Under the pieces are notes generated by a model that saw nothing but the letters and a program-made list of their open reading frames with translations, was not told the DNA's origin and did no database searches. DNA of 64,000 nt from Emiliania huxleyi CCMP1516 (lineage: Eukaryota), in the NCBI RefSeq assembly GCF_000372725.1, contig NW_005201287.1:651081-715080 (forward strand). The letters are read 5' to 3'. The position numbers and the translations under genes are program-made. This document shows positions 1 through 11,109 of this stretch, piece by piece (positions within the stretch are counted from its first letter, which is position 1; each line of letters begins with the position of its first letter).

Positions 1-1279
1 CGCAGATCTTCGGGCACAGGCTGAAGGTCTTTGCGAAGCCGCAGCTCACCTCGTCGGTGCCGAGCAGCCGCTTGAGGATCTCCTCCTGGTCGACGCACTC
101 GAGCGGCGCGGGAGGGGGAGCCGGCGGGGCCGGCGGCGCTGGAGGCGCTGGAGGAGGCCGCGGCGCATCGTCCGGGGCCGCGGGCGGCGGCGGAGGTGGC
201 AGCGGCGAGGTGGGCGGCGGGGGCGGCAGCGGCGGAGAGGCGAGCGAGGGGCATAGGCAGGCGTTGCAGCACATCTCGGGCACAAAGTCGCAGACGAGGC
301 CGCAGACGTCGATCTCGAGGGTGACTCCGCTGGCCAGCTCCAGGTCGCTGCACTCGATGTCGTCCGTCCCAAGCAGCTCCTGCAGCTGCCGGTCCTCGGC
401 CGGGCCCGGCTGACCGGAGGAGCAGTAGAAGCCGGGGGGCGGCGGCGGCGGCCGCGGCAAGGAGAGGTCGCAGCCGCAGGTGCTGCAGCACACGTCGGGC
501 CGTTTGTCGCACGCCGCCGGGCAGAGCTCAAAGGTGGTCGAGGGGAAGACAGCCTCGAACGGCGATTGGAAGTAGAGGGACTTGACGTCGGCGCACGTCT
601 TGCTCGCGTCGCCGAGCACCTCGCCCACGTAGTCGTCGTCGTCGACGCACGGGGGGGCGGGCGGCGAGGGTAAAGAGGGCGGAGCGGGCGGCGGACTCGG
701 CTCCGATGGCGGCGAGGGCGGCAGTGGCGGCGGCGACGGAGGCGACGACGCCCCGCAGCAGTAGTCATGGCAGGCCGAGCCGTCGTCGGTTGCGTACCAC
801 CCAAAGTTGCCGCCGTTGGGTGCGCCGGGGCACGCCCACCAGTCGGTCCACCCGCACCAGCATTCGTACGGTGGTGCCGGCGGCGGCGGCGGAGGCGGAG
901 GCGGCGATGGTGGAGGCGCCGGCATCGTCGAGCAGCAGTACTCGAAGCACTTTGTGCCGTCGTCGTCCGCCCACGGCTTGAGCCAGCTCGACCCTGGGCT
1001 GTCCCAGCCGGGGCACGCGTGCTCCGCGGTCCAATCGCAGCTGCACTGGTACGGGAGCCAAGGCGGGAAGGGAGGCCTCGACGGTGCCGGCGGCGGCGGT
1101 GGGCTGGGAGACGGCGTGAGGCAGCAGTACGTGTAGCACTGGGAGCCGTCGTCCCACGCATATCGGCCCGACGTGCCCGGCATGTCGGCAGACGGGCAGG
1201 CGTAGGTTGCGGTCCAGCCGCAGTTGCATGCGTAACCAGCAGGGAGCGCCGCGGCAGCGGCGAGGATCGGAAGGGCCAT
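1..1279 (-). CDS. Secreted Cys-rich repeat / Pro-rich protein, 3' end outside the window
   Basis: The open frame from ATG 1279 to the window edge is missing from the ORF track because it has no stop. It starts with signal-like MALPILAAAAALPAGYA. Three CxCxWTxxxACP...DDG(S/T)xCxxYCC modules and further Cys-rich modules follow, separated by poly-Pro linkers. Confidence 0.8.
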   Translation of the reverse strand, partial: MALPILAAAAALPAGYACNCGWTATYACPSADMPGTSGRYAWDDGSQCYTYCCLTPSPSPPPPPAPSRPPFPPWLPYQCSCDWTAEHACPGWDSPGSSWLKPWADDDGTKCFEYCCSTMPAPPPSPPPPPPPPPAPPYECWCGWTDWWACPGAPNGGNFGWYATDDGSACHDYCCGASSPPSPPPLPPSPPSEPSPPPAPPSLPSPPAPPCVDDDDYVGEVLGDASKTCADVKSLYFQSPFEAVFPSTTFELCPAACDKRPDVCCSTCGCDLSLPRPPPPPPGFYCSSGQPGPAEDRQLQELLGTDDIECSDLELASGVTLEIDVCGLVCDFVPEMCCNACLCPSLASPPLPPPPPTSPLPPPPPPAAPDDAPRPPPAPPAPPAPPAPPPAPLECVDQEEILKRLLGTDEVSCGFAKTFSLCPKIC

Positions 1280-1658
1280 ACAGACCAAGCAAGGTGTGCC
1301 GCGGCCGGCGACTAAGGAAATTCCAGCCAGCTGAAGGGAGGGCCCGAAGGCGCGTTTTCTTTTTATGGCGAAGCATCGGCGCGACTTCGCCTAGGAATTC
1401 GCCGCGAGCTGCGAAAAAAAAGCCCTCCGACCCCCACCGCCCCCACCCACACCCCACCTCACACCCACCCACCACCAATGTCAATGGCGGGCCGTCAGCA
1501 GGGTCGCAACAGACAATCCGGACGCCCAACCCGCCTCGCGAGAATGGACCGACCTTCTCAGCGGGCCAGGGCGGGATTTTGATTCTTTTCGCAATGTGAG
1601 AGAGGCTGTCGCAAGAATTCTTTTCGCAATCGGCTGTGGCCAAGGGAGCAGCGGTCCA

Positions 1659-4212
1659 ATGGCCGCCTCATCCAAAGACGGCGCTGTGGTCGTAAAGATC
1701 CCGACCGTCCCACGTCCACGCGCAGAGTACATCGCAGCCGAAAAGCGGCGCAGCGAGCAGAGCAGGGCAAAGTCCGCCTCGCAAGCGAGCGGTGGGAGCT
1801 CGAGCGCTGCTGCGCCGCCCTCGCGCTTCTTCTGCGAGTGGGCCTTCATCTGCTGGGCCCTGCCGCTGAGCGCGCTGGGCGGCTTCGTCCTCTACCTCGT
1901 CGCCATACCGCTGCTGGCGGCGGCCGGCCTCTTCGCGTTGCCCGCTCTCTGCTTTGCGTACCTGTACATCTCCCACTTCATGCCGCTGCACGACTGGGCC
2001 GAGAAGATCCCGGTCCTTGCCATCAAGTACTTCAACTTTGAGCGCTCGCTCTGGCCGCAGCCGCGCTTCGAGGCGATGAACTCGAGCCGCACGAGCGTGA
2101 GCGTGCTGCTGGGCGAGAGGTACCAGCTGCAGCCCCGCCGCGTGCTCGACAAGTGCAACGTGGACTACTCCATCCCAGCCTCGCGCGGCCGGGTCGTCGC
2201 GCTGCCGCTGCTGTCCGACGCCGAGTACGTCAACCTGCGCGCGCTGCGGCTCGGCGTGTGGAAGGGCCTCGGCACGGCGATGGTCGAGGCGACGCTTTCT
2301 CTGATGCGCCAGATGCCAGACACCTCGCTCGCGCCGGGAGGCTACCTGCGCAGGTACGGCGACGCGATTCGATTCGGCGAGGGCGAGAGCGCGGTCGACT
2401 TTGCGATGGCGGTGCTCGGCGACTCGTACCCGACCTTTCCCGACGAGTGGGTCCTCGCCTCTGCCCTCGGAGGCGGACGACGCGCTGTGTGAGCGGCTGC
2501 CACCTCACTGGCGGAGGTGTGACCAGGCGGACCGCACCTCGGACGAGGCCCTCACGCGGATGTGTCTGCACGGCCTCGGCCCGCACCGCCTCGAGCGGAC
2601 CGAACGCGGCTACGTCGTCAAGACGAACGCGCTGGCCAGCTTCGACGTCGCCGAGGGCTTCGAGCGGTACGGCGGTGACGTGCACCTCGACGAGCAGTTC
2701 CGGCCGGTTCGGATCGTGCGGCTCGAGAAGAGTGAGGGCGGCCGCGGCGGCCTTGTCGAGGTGGAGTACCTCCCTGGCTGCGAGGGGTGGGAGTACGTAA
2801 AGTTCTGCTTCCGCTGCTCGCTCTTCACTCTGGCGACGACCGTTTGGAGCACACTGCACGGATCGCCCGCGGGTCTCTTCACACCTCCCGCTGTGAAGTA
2901 GGTGACGATCGTGGACCACTTGTACGGCGTCCATTTGCAGTGGGCGAACGGGATGGTGGTGGCGTGCCGCGAGCAGCTCGGCGCAGACCACCCGGTCCGC
3001 CGCTTCCTGACGCCCTACTATTTTGGCACCATCCAAGTCCGCCAGCGGCGAGGGCGCCGCGCACTGACGGAGGAGGGGCGCCGAAGCCACCGCGCTGATC
3101 GAGAGTAGGTGAACCACATCGCGCGCCACTTGCTGATCGCGCAGGGCTCGCTCGGCGCGCGCAATTTTGCCTTCTCGGACGAGGGGTTGCGCGCCGCGTG
3201 GCAGGCGGTGCCCGAGGTGATGGTGGACGGCGCAGAGCTGCGAGGCGGGGGGTGTAGCCGGGATGTGTTGGCCGAGGGGCGGAGAGATCGCGAACCCGCC
3301 GCCGCCGCGCGCAGCAGCGCCGGAGTCTCGCCCGACCTCGCCCTTCGCCCTCGGCAGGCGAGCTGGGCGACGCCGAGCTGCTGCGCCTCCTCTTCGACGT
3401 GCCAGAGTACTGCGCGCGGCGGGAGGGCGAGCTGGGGCTGCGGCTGCCGTACTACGAGCAGGCCGAGGCGTACTGGCGCGTGATGCACCGGATGGTCGCC
3501 GACTACTTCGACCTCTGGTTCCCCACGCCCGAGGAGGCGGCAGCCGACGCCGAGCTGCGCTGCTGGCTCGAGGCGCTCGTCGGCGAGCTCGTGCACACCG
3601 CGCCGCTGCTGCCCGCGCTGCGCGGGTTCGGGCAGGCGGAGTTGCGCGCCTTCGCCATCGACGCTGTCACGCGGTGTGTGTTCGAGGTCACCGCGCACCA
3701 CGAGCACTACGGCGGCGTCGCCGTCTACGCGCAGGATGTGCGCTTCTGCTCCTTTGCGTGGCCGGTCGGCGAGCGGTGCGGCACAAAGATCACCGCCGTC
3801 ACGCAGGCGGCCCGCGACACGCCTCGACACGCCCCCACGCCCCCGGGCCCACTTCTTGCTGCGCCCCGGTCGCAGCCCCCCCCCCCCCCCCCCCCCACCC
3901 ACCCACCACCACCACCCCCACCACCCCGCGCGCTAGGCGACTCTCATGGCAGCCACCTCCTTCCCCATGCCCCCGCTGCTCAATCGGAAGCCCGGCCTCG
4001 ACGCCTTCTCGCTCGCCAGCTTCTTGCGCGCCCCGAGCGACGAAGCGATGCCGCGGCTCGAGGAGGCGTGCCGGCGCTTCGAGGAAGGCACGCTCTCGCT
4101 GGTGCGCCGGTGCGACGAGTTTGTGGCGCAGGCGGACCGCCGCCCCGCCCCCTGGAATCACGGCCTGTGGTCCTTCAACCCGAGGTACTTTGAGGCGTCG
4201 GTCAGCGTGTGA
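1659..4212 (+). CDS. Lipoxygenase-family dioxygenase, multi-exon, with N-terminal hydrophobic segments
   Basis: LOX motifs across exons: DHLYGVHL...HPVRRFL.P...TIQVNHIARHLLI, PYY..A..YW, DAELRCW, FEVTAHHE and C-terminal FNPRYFEASVSV*. Confidence 0.85.
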
Positions 4213-4916
4213 GCGGCGGCGAGCAGAGAATGCATGGCGCGTGCGCAGCCGTCTCCTATTTCCCCCGCGAGGGGAGGGAATTCCGCAAGATCATCGCCTT
4301 TTATTGTCCCCTACGTGTCGCTTCGCACCATCTCGGAGGCAGAATGTGCATACGGGTATGTGGTCTGCGAGAGAAAGCTAGCCAGGGTAGAGTAGTAGTT
4401 GTGAGTTGCGAGCTCTGTGGGCTGTGAAGAGGTCGGCCGCACGCGGCTCGCGGGTTTAGTAATAGTATCTCCCCCGCGAAGCCGAAGGTTCACGATATGG
4501 ATGTAAATAGTTTAGTTTTATGAAAATTATGTATGTCATGGTATGTGTCTCTACCCCACTACCGGCTCTGGGATCCCTCAGCAGCGTGCACCTCGAAAGG
4601 CTCGATCCTGTACACAACGGCTGCCCGCCGCACGGCCGCGTCGCCGTCGCCCGCAGAGGCGAAGAAAAATTGAGGCAACCCTAATGATCTAGCCCGCATA
4701 AGAGGCTCGAGCCGATCTTAGACCGCGTAAGCACCCCAGCGTGACCGGTCACACTTAGACCTGTTAAGCCTCGAGGCTCAGAACTTAGCCTACTACCCAA
4801 CCAGTTCCTGTACCGTGTTTGTTATGACCCCCCCCCCCCCCCCCCGCGGTGAGCACACCAGCGAGGGAGGGCGAGACGATCGAGGGGTCCCGTACCATGC
4901 GGGGGTTTGAGCCGCT

Positions 4917-5471
4917 TTGACCTCTGGACGGCAAAATCGTGGAGTTGCGAGTCACGCTCGGGCGGACAGCATCGATGTGCCGTCGCCGGACGCGGCGGCG
5001 AGGCACACGGGCGCCGGCGTGGCGCGTGGGCAGGCCCACCACGAGCGGATGCGCGACGAGCGCGCTCGGGAAGCGGCCGCGGGCGACGCGGAGCTTCCGC
5101 CGGAGGACGACGCGGGCGAGATGGCGAGTGCCGCCCAGCTGCTGGACAGCGTGGCGGAGGTGGGCCCGAACTACACCCTGCTGCGCAGCAAGGAGACGAA
5201 GGCGAAGCGGCGGAAGCGAAAGCGCGATGCCAGGGCGGCACTCGACGGCCACACTGTCCTGCCCACCGGATCGCGCCTCGAGATCTTCTGCGACAGCGAG
5301 CGGTGGTACTCTGCGACCGTCATGGCGCGGGAGGAGCACGGGGACGGACGGATCGTGCACGTCGAGGTCGAGTACGACGGCTACCCGGATCGGCGGTCGC
5401 TCGGGGGCACATGCTGGACGACGAGCGGTGGCGCGCCGTCCCAGAGCAGGCCGGCGCGCTGGGCACTCTAG
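4917..5471 (+). CDS. Tudor/Agenet-like barrel fragment, boundaries uncertain
   Basis: LPTGSRLEIFCDSERWYSATVMAREE...VHVEVEYDGY matches the Tudor-like W-Y-x-A-x-V...V-x-Y-D-G-Y pattern. A basic NLS-like stretch (KAKRRKRKR) precedes it. No clear ATG start. Confidence 0.45.
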   Translation: MTSGRQNRGVASHARADSIDVPSPDAAARHTGAGVARGQAHHERMRDERAREAAAGDAELPPEDDAGEMASAAQLLDSVAEVGPNYTLLRSKETKAKRRKRKRDARAALDGHTVLPTGSRLEIFCDSERWYSATVMAREEHGDGRIVHVEVEYDGYPDRRSLGGTCWTTSGGAPSQSRPARWAL

Positions 5472-5711
5472 GGGCACTCGGGCACTATCGGGCAATCTCG
5501 GGCACGAATCTCGGGCAATCTCGGGCAATCTCTCGGAAGCCTGCCACGCTGAGACGGATGAGAAGGCAGTATGACATGAGACGGCAGTGAGACTGAAAAC
5601 AGAGCCGGCAGTAATGATCTATCGGGACACGACGGAGAGACCGCTGAGAGTGAGACAAGGACCAATTCACGTGAGACTGAGTGAGACGTCTCTACGTGAA
5701 TGAAGACCTTC

Positions 5712-6115
5712 CCTGGGTCTGCCTCTCACACCCTCACTGTCATCGTATGCGAGGTTCTTGTCTCTTATCTCCCTTACCGTGAAAAGCCCCTTGCTGGTGG
5801 TTGGTCTTCTTCCTTTCCTGGCTGGGTCTGTCTCTCACACACACCCTCACTGGGTCGTCGTATGCGAGGTTCTTGTCTCTTATCACCCTACCGTGAAGCC
5901 CCTTGCTGGTGGTTGGTCTTCTTGCTTCCCTGGCTGGGTCTGTCTGTCTCTCGCACACACCCCTCACTCGCACTCACTGTCGTCGTAAGTATGCGAGGTT
6001 CTTGTCTCTTACTTATCACCCTACCGTGAAGCCCCTTGCTGGTGGTCTTCTTCCTTCCCTGGGTCTGTCTCTCACACCCTCACTGTCGTCATGTGCGAGG
6101 TTCGTGTCTCTCTCT
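5712..6115. repeat. Tandem repeat, ~110-bp unit, ~4 copies
   Basis: Recurring CTGGGTCTG...CACCCTCACTG..TCGTATGCGAGGTTCTTGTCTCTTA...CCGTGAAGCCCCTTGCTGGTGG unit. Confidence 0.85.
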
Positions 6116-6220
6116 TATAAAAATACCGGTACTCGAGTTCTCGAGTTGTTTGTCGATCGATCGAGTATACCGTGAAGCGCTTGCGGGGCCTCGGACCTGC
6201 AAAAAACAAAAACAACGGCC

Positions 6221-6328
6221 CTGGCGAGTAGAGGCACACGCACGCTCTCTCGAGGTCTCTTGTAGCAGAGCCCCGGCGAGTCCTCGAAGACCAAATGGGT
6301 CCTCGGTGATGGTACCCTGGGTGGGCGG
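6221..6328 (-). mobile_element. Partial inverted copy of the MITE at 15978-16109
   Basis: Aligns to the reverse complement of ~15995-16109 (CTGGCRAGTAGAGGCAC...CAGAGCCCCGGCGAG...AATGGGTCC...GGTACCCTGGGTGGGCGG). The distal TIR is missing. Confidence 0.7.
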
Positions 6329-6433
6329 TGGCGCGGCGTAGTATAATAGTAGAGGATTATAAAAATCTTCCGGGTCCCCGGGGACTTCGGCCTGGACACA
6401 TCGGGGGGGGGGGGGGGGCGCGGGGCCGAAACG

Positions 6434-8901
6434 ATGAGCTCGCGCCTCACGACTCGCAGCCTCTGCGTCGGGCGTTTCGCCCGGCGGCGCTGCCGCAGCA
6501 GCACCGTCGCCCGACCGCCACGCCAGCCCGAGAAGGAGCCGCAGTCTCTGCTCAAGCAGGGCGGAGCTGAGTGGTTGCTCGGGCCGTCGGGTGCGCCCGT
6601 GCTCGCCTCGAACCCTCACGGCAGCTTTGTGCAGTGGCTGTCTTCCAGCGCGCAAGAGGCGAAGCACATGGTGCTGCCACGCGGATATCCCGAGTCGGCC
6701 GCGCCCGGCTACGGCGGCTACACCGGCTGGCTTGCCGCGGGCCTCTTTGCGCACTCGTTCACGGTGATGGTCTCGACCAACGCGCTGCTCTCAGGATTCT
6801 TCGCCGAGATGTCGGCGGCGAGCTGGCTGATGAAGGACCTGCTGCCGCCGCTCGTGGCGGGCACACTCGCGAGCCGCATCCACTCCCTCGAGGCTTCGCC
6901 GCACCTCGTGGATCTCCGCGCGAGAGCCTCTCCTCCTCCTCGGAGAGTTTCTGCACACCTGCCGCTCAGGCGAACCCGAAGAAGTGGCTGTCGGCCGCCT
7001 GCTTTGCGAACTCGGTGCTCGGCTGCGCCGAGTTCCTCATCCCGCACCTGCTGCCCAAGGCGTCCTGGATGGGGCTCGCCATCCTCACCAACGTCGGAAA
7101 GATGACTGGTCGCGCGCGCGCTGGCGCCAGGCAGAGGCCACGAGCCTCGCCACGAGCCTTCACCGGCGCTGGACATGGCCGTAGGCTACCTGATCATCGG
7201 CGCCTCGCGCGCCGTCCTCCAAAAGACGCTGGCGACGGGTGACTCGCCCCGCGGGAGGGAGTGGGCGGGGGGACGGGCCTCGAGGTCTCCTCTGCTGTCA
7301 GGGGACAACCTGGGGGAGATCACGGGAGATCACTGTTAGGGGACAACCTGGGGGAGATCACGGGAGATCGCTGTTAGGGGACAACCTGGGGGAGATCACG
7401 GGAGATCACTGTTAGGGGACAACCTGGGGGAGATCACGGCCAAGCTGGGGACGCTGGGCATGCTGATGCACTGCTTCGGCGCCCTGACCGCCCTCAGCCT
7501 CACGCACGTGCTTGGCTTTTGGGGCGCGCGGCGCTTTCCCCATCCGCCACCGCCGCCGCCGCCGCCGCTTCCGCCGCCACCGCCGCCGCCACCGCCCTCT
7601 CCTACTCTCCGCCCCGCCGCCCCAGCCTCCGCCCCGCCGCCCCCGCCGCCCCCGCCGCCACCGCCCCCGCCTCATCCCCTCCAGCGCTGAGGCGCCCTCT
7701 CCGCTCCAGGCCAGCTCGGCGCGCTGACCGCCGGCGCCGCCGCAGCCCTCCCCCGCGCGCCACTTTGGCGCCGCAGCTCGCCGCAGCGCCCCTCTCTGAG
7801 CCCTCCTCCCCGGCTCCTCCCCCCCGGCTCGTGCTAGGCGCCGCCGCCGGCTTCTACGCCCCGGTGAGAGCATCGCAGTGCGTGGTGATGACGTCGGTCA
7901 CGGCGGTCTCCTTGCGCCGCGTCGTGGCGCGTTGGGCCGAGCCGCGGGCCGGCGCTCCGTGCGGCGAGGGAGGCGCGGCGCCGCCGCCGGGCACTGCAGC
8001 CGCAGCGTCGGTCGATGCAGCCGCAGGGTGGGGGGAGTGCCCCTCTCCGGAGGCGCTGCACGCGGAGCTGGCGGCGCGCTGGAGTGTGCGGCACAGCCTC
8101 GCCGCTCGCGCGAGCGCGTGGCGTGAGCTCTTCTCTTCGGACGCCGGGCAGCTGCGCGTCGCCGACGGGGTGTGGCTAAGGGCGTAGACCTTAGTGTGGC
8201 GGTGCACCGTGAGGCCCTTTAGGCAGAGCTGTTTCTGGGTTGGACTCCCAGCCCCCTGCCTAGGTGACTCTGCACGTGGGCCCCGCCGTCTCGAGCCCCG
8301 GCGACGCGGCGGCGCTGGACACCGAGTCTGCGAGCGCTCAGCTGACCCTCAGGGGCGACTGGCGTAGGCGACGTGGCGGCGCTGCTAGCGTGGCGACGCG
8401 CGGCGAGCGAGGAGGTGTGTCGCAGGCCGGCGGGCGGGAGCCCGGCTTCACCCTTCCCGGGCGGGGTTCCCACTTAGGCTCGCGAGGGCGGCGGCGAGAG
8501 CCCGCCGTGGACTCTCTGCGCGTCCGGCGGCGGGAGGCTGCTGCTGCTCTACGACACACACGCGGCGCCCGCCGACGTCATCGACGGATTCGCGGTGGCG
8601 TGGCTTGCCGCCGCCGCTTCGGCGCCTTCGTTGCGCGGCGGCCGCGAGGCGCCGAATGCCGCGCAGCCGGCTGGTCGTGGCGGGTGCGGGACGAGCGGTT
8701 CTCACGGTCGGCGCGGCCGGTTGCCTCGAGTAGGAGGCGATGCGGGGCCTCGCCGCCGCCAGCGCCGCGTCGCTCGGGCAGTGGCGGCGCGACGCGGCGT
8801 CGCTGCGCGCTTCGATGGAGGCGGCGGGCTGGCAGTGCTCCGCTTGCTCGGTGGACGACCCGTCGCGCCGCGTGACGTGGCCGCCGCAGGGGCTGGAGTA
8901 G
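6434..8901 (+). CDS. RUS1/DUF647 (root UVB sensitive) family protein, multi-exon
   Basis: LPRGYPES...W, STNALL, WLMKD, NLGEITAK and C-terminal ..EAAGW...R.TW motifs typical of the RUS family. Confidence 0.75.
7300..7440 (+). repeat. Intronic 38-bp tandem repeat ending in the exon start
   Basis: AGGGGACAACCTGGGGGAGATCACGG(GAGATCACTGTT) occurs four times; the last copy is the coding NLGEIT. Confidence 0.85.
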
Positions 8902-9421
8902 CGCCGGCGTTCCACACGGGTCCGGCGCGCGGCTGGGCGAGAAGATTACCCCCCGCATACTTGATCGGCACCCCCAGCTCCACCCGACGCCGAGCGCGCG
9001 AGAGAGACTACACATGCATGCACATGTAGCGCGAGAGAGAGCGAGAGCCCCACGCAGGGAGCGCGCGCCCGCGAGCGGTGACGGGCGCGGCGCCGCGCGG
9101 AGAACCGTCGTTGTATACGAGTATACCCTGACACGAGCGTCGTCGTTGTGTGACGGACTCTCACTCTGACGCGATTAGCTATTCGTTTTAGTCTATGCCT
9201 GATGCCTTTGCACACCGCGCGCCACCGCCCGCCGCCATGCAGCCCGCCCCCCGCGCAGTGAAACACTGTGTGGTGCGTGCGCCTGGGCCTGCTCGCTGGG
9301 TGCGCGACCCCCCGCGCGACCCGCCCCCCCGCGCGTGTGAAAGTGTGAATGGAATTAAGCGAGTGTGTCGATATACATATGAAAAACACAATGAAACACA
9401 GTTGGCAGGGGCCGCCGTGTC

Positions 9422-10183
9422 TCAGCCCGCCCCGACGCCGAGGGCGGCGCCGAGGTACCGCGCAAATTCGGTCGCGTCGCCCTCCGGCCATGGCTCGAGC
9501 GAGGCGGCGCGCGCGGGCAGCGCCTCGAGCGCCGCGCAGAGGCCTCTCGGCGTCGTGGCGATGAGGTGGCCTCGCCGGTCGAGCTCGTGCGCAAGCTCCT
9601 GGCGCAGATGGAGGGCGGGGCGGGGCAGGGCGGTCGGAGGGCGCATCTCTAGCGCACCTCTCTCTACCGTGCGGCGGAGGCCCAAGGGTGGCCGGGCCTG
9701 CTGGTGGTTGTCCATGAGGCCTGCGGGGTAGGGGCGGGCGGCCGATCAGGCGGCAAGTACGTGTGGTGGGGTGGGGTGGGTGGATGGATTGAGACCGTCA
9801 TTGACAGCGACGAGGAGCGGCGCGGTGCAGCGTAGCCCCTCCATGATTGAGCCTGCGCCCGCGTGCGAGATGAGGAGCGCCGCGGACCGCATGTCGGCCT
9901 CGAGCGAGTCCTTGAAGCGATACCTGCGGGACGCGCGGAGATCGCTCAGCGGGAGTGTGTGGAGCGCGCCGCCCGAGGACTTGAGCCGAGCGCACCACTC
10001 AATCGGGATTGGCGGCGGCGGGTCGGACGGGAGCACGGGCTCCGCTCCGCGTCCAATCTGCAGCCGTAAGCACGAGTAGCCGTGTCTGGCGAGCAGCCCG
10101 GTAACCTCGTGGGACACGAGAGCGAGCGTCAGGGCGTCGAACTGCGTCGTGCCGACCGTGGCGAAACACACGCGGGACGGCAT
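9422..10183 (-). CDS. ALG13: UDP-N-acetylglucosamine transferase subunit ALG13, multi-exon
   Basis: FATVGTTQFDAL, LQIGRG, YRFKDSL, ISHAGAGSIMEGL, VAVN..LMDNHQ.ELA.EL. Confidence 0.92.
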
Positions 10184-10408
10184 TGTGCAAACACACCGAT
10201 GTCTCGAAAAGAAGAATTATCTGCCCTTGCAACCTTCGAAAAGAAGAGTTCCCGCTGCACTACATAAACAGAATCTGTGTGATGAGCTCTGTGTCTTGAT
10301 TTGCCAACAATATACCTAAAACATAAACAGAAGGAAATTTCCACGAAGCCGGCCGCGTCCTCAGCAGGAGGGTGCTGCTTCTGTCCGTCTTTCTGTCTCG
10401 CTCTCCAC

Positions 10409-11041
10409 ATGCCCACTCCTGGCGTGTCTCTCGCCGCGCTCGCCGGCGCGACGGTCCGCGGGCCCTGGCCGGCGACGAGGACTGTGCGCGCCGATACGCT
10501 CTGGAAGGGCGATCGGCCGACCGTCGTCTACGCCGTGCGCCGCCTCGGATGACCCTACTGCCGCCGGCTGGCGGCTGACCTGACCGCGCTGCGGCCAGAG
10601 TTTGAGCGTGCCGGCGCGCGGCTGGCGGTGATCACCTCGCTCGACACCGGCGTGCAGGAGTTTGTGGACGCCGTCTGGCCGGGCGGCGAGGTTTGGGTGG
10701 ACGAGGAGGAGGCCTTCAAGAAGGCGATCCACGGCGGGCGCGGCGCCTCTGTGCGCAACATGTGGCTGCTCAAGCCTTGGGTGCTGAAGAACGTGGTGTC
10801 CTACGCGCGCTCCTTTGGCTCGAGCACGGCCGACGTCTCTGACGCAAAAACAAAGCTGCTCGGTGGAACCTTCGTCGTGAGGAACGGAGAGGTCGTTTAC
10901 ACGCACCGCGAGACATCCAGCTTCGACAACGGCGACGCGAGGGAGGTGCTTGCGGCGGCCCTCGGCACGACTGTCGCCGGTCTCGCCGCGAGGCTGCCGC
11001 CGCCGACCCCGAGCGAGGCCGCCGTGTGCTCGCGCGAGTAA
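10409..11041 (+). CDS. Selenoprotein U / peroxiredoxin-like 2 (AhpC-TSA-like) with in-frame TGA (Sec) at 10550-10552
   Basis: ORFs 10301-10552 and 10628-11041 are in the same frame. Read-through gives VYAVRRLG-U-PYCRRLAADL (UxxC) and later LGGTFVV...VVYTHRE. A SECIS-like hairpin lies downstream. Confidence 0.9.
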
Positions 11042-11109
11042 GCCCGAGTAGCGTGCCCTGCGCCAGTTGCTGCACGCCAGTCGCTGCCCGCCGCGCGCCC
11101 TCGTGGGAA

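Noticed and set aside
46..1643. Long overlapping Arg/Ala/Pro-rich ORFs here and throughout the ORF track
   Set aside because: They are shadow frames caused by high GC and stop-codon scarcity; the real frames were chosen by motif content.
5712..6115. CRISPR-like array
   Set aside because: Whole units repeat with no unique spacers, no cas genes are present, and the context is eukaryotic.
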